A DNA stretch of 64,000 nt, from NCBI GenBank assembly GCA_002452155.1, contig DKEK01000002.1, forward strand, positions 85,750 through 149,749. Direction: 5' to 3'. This document shows, piece by piece, positions 39,566 through 46,598 of the stretch. Made by a program: the position numbers and the translations under genes. Under the pieces are notes generated by a model. That model had not been told where the DNA came from and made no database searches. It worked only from the letters and a program-made list of their open reading frames with translations. The stretch comes from Candidatus Saccharibacteria bacterium UBA6824 (GTDB lineage: Bacteria; Patescibacteriota; Saccharimonadia; Saccharimonadales; UBA10212). Positions within the stretch are counted from its first letter, which is position 1, and each line of letters starts with the position of its first letter.

Positions 39566-40357
39566 ATGGCAAAGATTCTTTTAGTTGAGGACGACAATAA
39601 CCTGCGCGAAATATTCGAGATGCGCTTGCAGGCGGAGGGCTACGAAACCTTGACTGCCAGCGACGGCGAAGAGGCCCTAGTGGTCGCCCTCAAAGAGAAA
39701 CCCGAGCTAATTATCGCCGATGTCATGATGCCCAAAATGAGCGGTTTTGAGATGCTGGAGACCATGCGGGCCGCACCGGATACCAGCAAAATCAAAGTGA
39801 TCATGATGACCGCCCTGGGTCAGGCCGAAGACCAGGCTCGCGGCGAAAAACTAGGCGTGGTAAAATATCTAGTGAAATCCCAAGTCACACTGGAAGATTT
39901 CGTTCGTGTTGTTAAGGAAGTTGTCCAACCCGGCGCCAAGACTGGCGGCGAACAACCAAATAAGACGACCGAACCTGTCCAAGGAGACGAAAAATCAACT
40001 AACGATAAAGAAAGCGAGCAAATTATGCCCCCAGCAGACAGCAACCCAAAACCAACTAACGGCGCCCCGGCCCCCGGTGGCGACAACCCAATCAGCGGTG
40101 CTCCAGCCGCCGATGACCAAATGAGCACCTCCCAGGCCAAAGACGACATGAATAAGCAAGTCGATGACGCCATGGGCGGTCCAGGCGCTCCAGCTGCGCC
40201 GGCAGGGCCAGCCAGCGACCCGGCTGCACCGGCCGGTGATGATATGCCAGCCGAGCCAGCACCCGGCCCTGATGCCCCGGCTCCAACGCCGCCTCCATCG
40301 GAAGGTGGCGGCCCGGCTAACGGTCCTGGCACCCCAACGCCTCCCGGCGGAATGTAA
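39566..40357 (+). CDS. Receiver-domain protein with Pro/Ala-rich disordered tail
   Basis: ILLVEDD, DVMMP, MTA, YLVK; about 140-aa low-complexity C-terminus. Confidence 0.88.
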   Translation: MAKILLVEDDNNLREIFEMRLQAEGYETLTASDGEEALVVALKEKPELIIADVMMPKMSGFEMLETMRAAPDTSKIKVIMMTALGQAEDQARGEKLGVVKYLVKSQVTLEDFVRVVKEVVQPGAKTGGEQPNKTTEPVQGDEKSTNDKESEQIMPPADSNPKPTNGAPAPGGDNPISGAPAADDQMSTSQAKDDMNKQVDDAMGGPGAPAAPAGPASDPAAPAGDDMPAEPAPGPDAPAPTPPPSEGGGPANGPGTPTPPGGM

Positions 40358-40382
40358 GCCGGAAGACGGAAGACAGAACTAG

Positions 40383-40410
40383 AACGCGCCCTGAACAGGG
40401 CGCGTTTTTA
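40383..40410 (+). terminator. Intrinsic terminator
   Basis: AACGCGCCCTG-AA-CAGGGCGCGTT followed by TTT. Confidence 0.8.
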
Positions 40411-40537
40411 TTAAGTATTTATATTATTCTGCTATCGGGAAGGTAGCCCAAGAAAATGTACTCCATTTTCCCGGAGCGGATAGGAAACCCGCGATGCGGG
40501 TGTCTTATAAGGCGTTAGCCGCTATAATACCCCTGAT

Positions 40538-41851
40538 ATGAGTAAATCAGTCCCTATTGTGGCCATTGCCGGACGGGCCAATGTCGGTAAATCAAGCCTG
40601 TTTAACTCCCTAATTGGGCGCCGTGAAGCTATTGTGGCCGAGGAACCCGGCACGACCCGTGACAGTGTGACGGCCAAGGCCAGCTACGAGGGCAAAGACT
40701 TTTGGCTGGTCGATACTGCCGGGCTGAAATCGGCGCAGGACAGCTTCGAGCTATCGATTCAAGACCAGATTAGTGAGGCGGCCGCCAGTGCCGATCTTAT
40801 ATTAGTGGTCGTCGAAGCCGATGTACCACCCACCCAGGAAGACAGGCGAGTTGCCACCATGGCCCTAAAGAGCAAAAAGCCGGTGCTGCTAGTCGTTAAT
40901 AAGATTGATAAAAACCCCAAGGGCGACCTTACGGTCTGGCAAAAACTGGGTATTAAAACCATCCTGGCAACCAGTACTACCCAAAGAAAGGGCGTCACCG
41001 AGCTGTTAGCAGCGGTAGCCAGCCAGTTGCCGCGGGCTAAGATAAAAACAGAGGGCAACCGAGTAAAAGTAGCCTTGCTGGGACGGCCGAATGTCGGCAA
41101 ATCGGCCTTATTCAACACACTCGGAGCCAAGCAGCAGGCAATTGTGGCAGAGAAGGCGGGCACTACACGTGATGTTAATCGAGTGGTGGTGCGTTATCAT
41201 GAGCGCGAGATCGAGTTAATGGATACGGCCGGGATTCGCCGCAGTGGCAAAATCGAGCGCGGCGTAGAGCACTTTAGCGTGCTGCGGGCCCTGGCCGCAG
41301 CAGAAGAAGCTGACGTGGCTTTGCTCCTAATGGATGTAAACGAACTCAACGTGCAACTGGACCAAAAAATCGCCGGGCTGGTCAAAGAGGCCGCCAAGGG
41401 TTTGGTTTTGGTGGTTAGCAAGTGGGACAGCGCCGATAAAGACAGCTTTACGCGCGACGCTTTGGCGCCGCAGATAGCCGCTACATTCCCATACGTACCG
41501 TGGGCACCGCTGATCTTTACAAGCGCGGTGACGGGGCAAAACGTTACCAAGATATTCGATTTAGTGCTGGAAATTGCCCAGAACCGGGCCCAAAAATTCA
41601 AGACTGCCGAACTCAATAAATGGCTGCAACACGCCATTAACCAGCACCCGCCGGCTGGCCTAAAAGGCCGCAACCCAAAGCTCAATTACATGGTCCAAGA
41701 GGAAGATATAGATATGCCCAGTTTCAAAATCTTCGGTGGCCACACTAAATTCCTGCACTGGAGCTACAAACGCTACTTGGAGCGCAGCTTCCGCGAGCAA
41801 TGGCCGCTAAACGGCACGCCGCTTAAATTCTGGTTTATAGAAAAACATTAA
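40538..41851 (+). CDS. der: Ribosome biogenesis GTPase Der
   Basis: Two G domains (GRANVGKS, GRPNVGKS, DTAG x2) and a KH-like tail. Confidence 0.96.
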   Translation: MSKSVPIVAIAGRANVGKSSLFNSLIGRREAIVAEEPGTTRDSVTAKASYEGKDFWLVDTAGLKSAQDSFELSIQDQISEAAASADLILVVVEADVPPTQEDRRVATMALKSKKPVLLVVNKIDKNPKGDLTVWQKLGIKTILATSTTQRKGVTELLAAVASQLPRAKIKTEGNRVKVALLGRPNVGKSALFNTLGAKQQAIVAEKAGTTRDVNRVVVRYHEREIELMDTAGIRRSGKIERGVEHFSVLRALAAAEEADVALLLMDVNELNVQLDQKIAGLVKEAAKGLVLVVSKWDSADKDSFTRDALAPQIAATFPYVPWAPLIFTSAVTGQNVTKIFDLVLEIAQNRAQKFKTAELNKWLQHAINQHPPAGLKGRNPKLNYMVQEEDIDMPSFKIFGGHTKFLHWSYKRYLERSFREQWPLNGTPLKFWFIEKH

Positions 41852-41866
41852 GGTTACAATAAGAAA

Positions 41867-42523
41867 ATGGCACTTTTCCAGAAAAAACCGCAGGTTAGTG
41901 ACACGATGCCGCTTTATACAATCGGTTCGAATAAGACAGTTTTGATTATTGGTTTGGGCAACCCCGGCCAGCAGTACGCTGGTACGCGCCATAATGTCGG
42001 CTTTGAAGTTTTGGACCATTTCGCAAAAAAGAATGATTTTCCGGCTTGGATGGCCAAAAGGGACTTGAAGTGTGAGCTAACAATGGCTAATCTAGGTGAA
42101 AACCGGGTTATTTTATGTAAGCCTACTACGTTTATGAACCTCAGCGGTGAAGCCGGCCAAGCGGTGCAACATTTCTACCGGGTTTATAACCCCCAGACGC
42201 TGGTTGTTTACGACGAGCTGGCAATTGCGTTCGGACAGCTTAGAACCCGCCTGGGCGGCTCTGACGCCGGCCACAACGGCGTAAAATCATTGATCGCCCA
42301 CCTAGGCGAAGATTTCGGCCGCCTGAGGATCGGCATTGGCCAACAAACCGCTGAAAAAACCGCCCCCTCGTCCAAAGAAGCCAATACCAGCAAATATGTG
42401 CTTAGTAAGTTCAGCAAAGAAGAGCAGGCGATACTCCCCAAAATCCTACAGGAAGCCAACGGCCTTATCACCGAATACATCTTTGGCGGCGCCTTGCCGA
42501 ACGACACCCGCACAGTTTTATAA
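41867..42523 (+). CDS. pth: Peptidyl-tRNA hydrolase
   Basis: GLGNPG..Y..TRHNVGF, KPTTFMNLSG, GHNGVKS, RLRIGIG. Confidence 0.96.
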   Translation: MALFQKKPQVSDTMPLYTIGSNKTVLIIGLGNPGQQYAGTRHNVGFEVLDHFAKKNDFPAWMAKRDLKCELTMANLGENRVILCKPTTFMNLSGEAGQAVQHFYRVYNPQTLVVYDELAIAFGQLRTRLGGSDAGHNGVKSLIAHLGEDFGRLRIGIGQQTAEKTAPSSKEANTSKYVLSKFSKEEQAILPKILQEANGLITEYIFGGALPNDTRTVL

Positions 42524-42532
42524 AATACAACT

Positions 42533-43000
42533 CGCTGGAGAGCCTTTATGGCCGGGTTCCTAAAAGACCTCCAGAGGGGGTGGGCACCGCTGGAGGCCTA
42601 TTACACCCTTCAACCCCACCATAAGCGAAGCGTCGAAAGTATCCGCTATAAAAGCTAAGATATTCGTGCCGCCCCTGGATAAATCCAGGGAACATCGTTG
42701 CCGACCCGCCGACCCACATTGAACGTAGAGTCATCCTGCAGCCGTCCGAAGATGGAGCAGGGCAGAGTTAAAGGGAATAAACTGTTTAAGATTTCCCACC
42801 CAATTTTTAAGCTTAAACAGTTGTATTTGCTTTTGGCGGTTACTATACTCATGTTAAAACCAAAAAATTGGGTGGGACCAACGGGTAAGTGGAGGGTATC
42901 AACTTAAACGCTAGATCTTAAACACTTAATAACAAGTGCAAAAAACACTTATCATTTGGGGGTATAAGGTGCGTAATCCTAACGTAATGAGGATTACGAG
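42533..43000. ncRNA. Candidate structured non-coding RNA locus (unidentified)
   Basis: No credible ORF; several hairpins; promoters on both strands (see findings). Confidence 0.35.
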
Positions 43001-43133
43001 TTGCAATTTTAGCAGAAATGTGACATTAAGTCAATAGTAGAAAATGAAACTAAATGAAAGTCAATAGCCTTAAGCGCTTTCCTATCCCTTTGAGCCAAGT
43101 ACACAAAAAAATTAGTCGTGCTAACATAAAAAT

Positions 43134-43361
43134 ATGAAGAAAAAGCAGAGTTGGTGGGAGGAAGTATTAAAAGCAGTAGGCTATATTCTTGGCTCTTTCT
43201 TTATTGGAGCAACTTTCCTTATTGCTGTTGAAGCAATTGGTTCAACGCTGGCTGACAAAAACATTAGCCTTTGGGAATGGTATACCTTCTCAACCTTAAC
43301 CGGAGGATTTCTGTGGTGGTTATGGCAAACTTTAGTACCTGAAAATAAGGACGATAATTAG
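43134..43361 (+). CDS. Small 2-TM membrane protein (IS passenger)
   Basis: 75 aa, two hydrophobic segments, AT-rich. Confidence 0.65.
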   Translation: MKKKQSWWEEVLKAVGYILGSFFIGATFLIAVEAIGSTLADKNISLWEWYTFSTLTGGFLWWLWQTLVPENKDDN

Positions 43362-43392
43362 GCTATGAGCAAAAAACTCTTTAAAAGACTGA

Positions 43393-44235
43393 TTAAGACC
43401 GCTTCAACGCCCGTTCCAAAAGAACAGGACAAACAGCTTCAAAGCGGTGGTTATAACGAAAGACAAACTCCGAAACGTAAGAGTCCAAATACTTCGGAGA
43501 AACGTAGTGATAGGTCCCGTTGATAGAACGCTTTAGTTGCGACCAAAAGCCCTCTAAGTTGTTAGTATGTACGCCGTTTTCAACATAGTGCCCAACGCCA
43601 TGGTCTACAGTCAAGTGCTTGAAATCCCGGTGGGCATTTGTATATATTTTGCTCTTGTCAGTATGCAGAACAGCGTTAGGTTGTATGTTGGCCTTTAAGT
43701 AGGGCATAACTGTAAAGGCACTTGCACCGTCTACGACTTTGGCCTTTATTTTGCCACGCTTTTCAGCAATGCCGACAACCGGCACTTTATTATCATAGGA
43801 ATGAGCCTGTCGTCTGCGGCCACCAATATATGTTTCATCAGCTTCAACTACCCCAATCAATCTTTCAGCGTCCTGTTTCATGAGTAGGCGTATCTGTTTA
43901 GCCATGCGCCAAGCGGTTTTGTACGTTACGCCGAGGTGTCGCTCAAGTTCTTTGGCCGATACCCCGTTCTTAGCAACTGAAACTAAATAGATGGCATGAA
44001 ACCAGCTAGTTAGGGGAGTCCGGGAGCTACGGAATATCGTATTGGCTAGAGGGTACAACTGATAACCACAGTGCATACAAGCATATGACTGGCGTTTCTT
44101 GACCCGGTAGAACTTAGTTTCAGCCGCACACTTCGGACAGAACTTTAAGTCGCCGTAGCGGTTATCAAAGACGGCTTGCAGGCAAGCATTGTCGTCTGGA
44201 TATTCCGCTTGGAACTGCTTGTAAGTGTATCTCAT
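43393..44235 (-). CDS. IS1595-family (ISXO2-like) DDE transposase
   Basis: Zn ribbon CPKC..CMHC; GVSAKELERHLGVTYKTAW; VEADETYIGG, LHTD, HTNNLEGFWSQLKR, FRYN; start ATG 44235. Confidence 0.95.
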   Translation of the reverse strand: MRYTYKQFQAEYPDDNACLQAVFDNRYGDLKFCPKCAAETKFYRVKKRQSYACMHCGYQLYPLANTIFRSSRTPLTSWFHAIYLVSVAKNGVSAKELERHLGVTYKTAWRMAKQIRLLMKQDAERLIGVVEADETYIGGRRRQAHSYDNKVPVVGIAEKRGKIKAKVVDGASAFTVMPYLKANIQPNAVLHTDKSKIYTNAHRDFKHLTVDHGVGHYVENGVHTNNLEGFWSQLKRSINGTYHYVSPKYLDSYVSEFVFRYNHRFEAVCPVLLERALKRS

Positions 44236-44309
44236 ACCTCTAATTGTACAGGCTAGATACTTGTCTGTCAAGGAATTAAGTAAGGAGTAAGTGTTGTACT
44301 TTTTGTTCA

Positions 44310-45605
44310 CTAATCGTCAAGTAAACCTACGTCTTTTAAACGTTTGTAGAAGAGTTTCCCCTGCAATCCAGTCTCAATTACTTCTTCCATATCACTATGA
44401 TTTTTTATGTAGTGACTTTCGCTGAAAGTTATGCCTACGCTTTCTTCGGGTTTGGTGTGACGCATTACCTCACGGCTGGACACTCGATGCTTATAAGGCA
44501 GTTTTTGGTCTTTACCATAATCTTTCCATGCATTAGGAGTCATGCCGGTAACACCAACCGTAATATCGCTAGTAACAATATCGTATCTGTCACCTACCGC
44601 TTTAATCTTGCTGTGAAATCTCTTATTTTCATTCACTTGAAAGTTTCTGGACTCATATCTTTTAAACAGAGCTACGACCTGTTCAGCGGTGCTGATACCT
44701 AGCCCTTCGCTTACTTTTGCAAGCTCACTGGCCGCCTTATCGCTATTGCCGGATATGGCTAGTCCAACGGCTTCTAGAGTTGAACTTGCAAGATTGTAGA
44801 GCTGTTCAGCACGAGCTGGATAGTCTGGAGTACGGCCACTTTGTTTGAACGCCACCAGCAACTCAGGCACTAATTCAAATGGCAGAAGTGGGGTAAAACC
44901 TTTTTCGAACCCCTTGACGAATGGTCCACTGATTTGTGGACCATCAAGTTTACGGTTGTGGATACTTACCACAAACTTTTTAAAACTTGTTCCTTGCACC
45001 CACTTAGAAAATGCGTCTGACCGCACTCCGATAAAGTCGGCTATGGACGGAAGGCTGAATAAGAAATAGCTTTTTACTTCGACTCCCGCCACAACGTCAG
45101 TTTTGACCTCAACCAGCCTAATCTCACTGGGGAAAACTCCGGCAGGAACTTTAGGGCTTCTAGTGGGGCCTATGGCTTGTTCTATGGCTCCCTCAACATT
45201 AACTGGCTCATCGAGTACTTCCACTACCGCTTCGGGTTCTGACATAATCCACTCCTTAATACCCAGAAGCTTCTTAATTAGGTCTTCTTCATTCTCTTTA
45301 TCTGTTTCAACGGCTACGTAGCGACCAAAAATGCCATCAGCTACCATTCGTTTTGGCTCAGCAGAATTATCATAAAAGACATTGGCGTTTTTTAGCTCCG
45401 GGACTGTACTATAAATCCTAGCCTTCAGTTCATTTATATAGGCCTCGACTACCTTGTTTGGTAGAAAACATTGCTGACCTCTTAATGCAAAAGCCCTAAT
45501 TTTACCAGCCTTCTGGAAGCGATAAGTACGTTGGCGATAGAAGTATTTTGCGCCTAGCTCGGCCTCAAGCTCAACGGCGGTCATCAGTTTATACATATTA
45601 CTCAT
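44310..45605 (-). CDS. Hypothetical multidomain putative DNA-binding protein
   Basis: N-terminal HTH-like segment; central SLPSIADFIGV; C-terminus resembles phage antirepressor/DinD-type tails. Confidence 0.6.
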   Translation of the reverse strand: MSNMYKLMTAVELEAELGAKYFYRQRTYRFQKAGKIRAFALRGQQCFLPNKVVEAYINELKARIYSTVPELKNANVFYDNSAEPKRMVADGIFGRYVAVETDKENEEDLIKKLLGIKEWIMSEPEAVVEVLDEPVNVEGAIEQAIGPTRSPKVPAGVFPSEIRLVEVKTDVVAGVEVKSYFLFSLPSIADFIGVRSDAFSKWVQGTSFKKFVVSIHNRKLDGPQISGPFVKGFEKGFTPLLPFELVPELLVAFKQSGRTPDYPARAEQLYNLASSTLEAVGLAISGNSDKAASELAKVSEGLGISTAEQVVALFKRYESRNFQVNENKRFHSKIKAVGDRYDIVTSDITVGVTGMTPNAWKDYGKDQKLPYKHRVSSREVMRHTKPEESVGITFSESHYIKNHSDMEEVIETGLQGKLFYKRLKDVGLLDD

Positions 45606-45695
45606 GTCAGTTACACTCCTGTTACAGTTATACTATATATTGTAACACACCCAATCAAGAGCCGCTTAAGCGTTTTTACAGTTTATACTTGGCTC

Positions 45696-46556
45696 ATGGG
45701 TATACACGTCCTTAAGCGTGATGATGCCGATTTCCCAATTATTTTGCGGCAGATCCCGTCGCCGCCGAAACAGTTATTTTGGCTCGGCGTGCACCCCAAT
45801 ACACTAATTAGCCAGCCGCGGGTAGCTATCGTCGGCAGCCGCAAAGTCTCCGCCTATGGCCGGACCGTAACTGAACGCCTAGCCGGCGAGCTGGCGAGAT
45901 TGGGTGTGGTTATTGTTAGCGGCCTGGCGCTTGGAGTTGACGCCGTAGCCCATCAAGCAACCCTAGACGCTGGCGGCCTGACCATGGCTGTACTGCCAAC
46001 CAACCTGGACAGCATTTACCCGGCCTCGCACTTTAACCTGGCTAGACAAATCATCGCTAGCGGTGGCGGCTTAATTTCCGAATACCCGCCCGGAACTGAA
46101 GCCTTTCCGTCTAACTTCATCGCCCGCAACCGGCTTGTCAGCGGCCTGGCAGATGTCCTGCTCATCACTGAAGCCGCCAAAAATAGTGGCACCATGCATA
46201 CCGCCGGCTTTGCGCTCGAGCAGGGCAGAACGGTTATGGCGGTGCCAGGCAATATAAACAGCCCCGGCAGCGAAGGCTGCAACAACCTAATAAAAGCCGG
46301 GGCCACGCCGGTAACCGCTACAGAGGATGTTCTTTTTGTCCTTGGGCTAAGATCTGGCGCGGGGGAGCAGACCAGCATCTTCCGAGGCACAGACAACGAG
46401 CAAAAGATTTTCGATCTCATTAGGCGCGGCGTTGCTGACCAAGAAGAAATAGCCGTAGCCGCTCGGCTGGAGGGCCCGGCCCTGAGTGCCGCCCTGACAA
46501 TGCTGGAAATTAATGGCTACATCCGGGCCGAGCGCGGCAGCTGGACATTGGTTTAG
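45696..46556 (+). CDS. dprA: DNA-processing protein DprA
   Basis: VAIVGSR, IVSGLALGVD..AH, FIARNRLVSGL, AVPG. Confidence 0.96.
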   Translation: MGIHVLKRDDADFPIILRQIPSPPKQLFWLGVHPNTLISQPRVAIVGSRKVSAYGRTVTERLAGELARLGVVIVSGLALGVDAVAHQATLDAGGLTMAVLPTNLDSIYPASHFNLARQIIASGGGLISEYPPGTEAFPSNFIARNRLVSGLADVLLITEAAKNSGTMHTAGFALEQGRTVMAVPGNINSPGSEGCNNLIKAGATPVTATEDVLFVLGLRSGAGEQTSIFRGTDNEQKIFDLIRRGVADQEEIAVAARLEGPALSAALTMLEINGYIRAERGSWTLV

Positions 46557-46598
46557 TACACTTGACGTGTTCACGGTTATTGATAGACTGGCAAGCAT

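Larger units (their letters stand above)
43083..44278 (-). mobile_element. IS1595-family element with passenger gene (ends approximate)
   Basis: Degenerate IRs TATCCCTTTGAGCCAAGTA (~43083) and TACTTGTCTGTCAAGGAATTA (~44258-44278) bracket the transposase and a 75-aa ORF. Confidence 0.55.

Noticed and set aside
42533-42775. RNase P RNA or tmRNA assignment
   Set aside because: No GAGGAAAGUCC core, no tRNA-Ala-like ends and no tag ORF
43069-45672. CTTAAGCG at 43069 and 45665 as an 8-bp target duplication of a larger transposon
   Set aside because: No inverted repeats just inside them, and CTTAAGC-like words are common in this DNA
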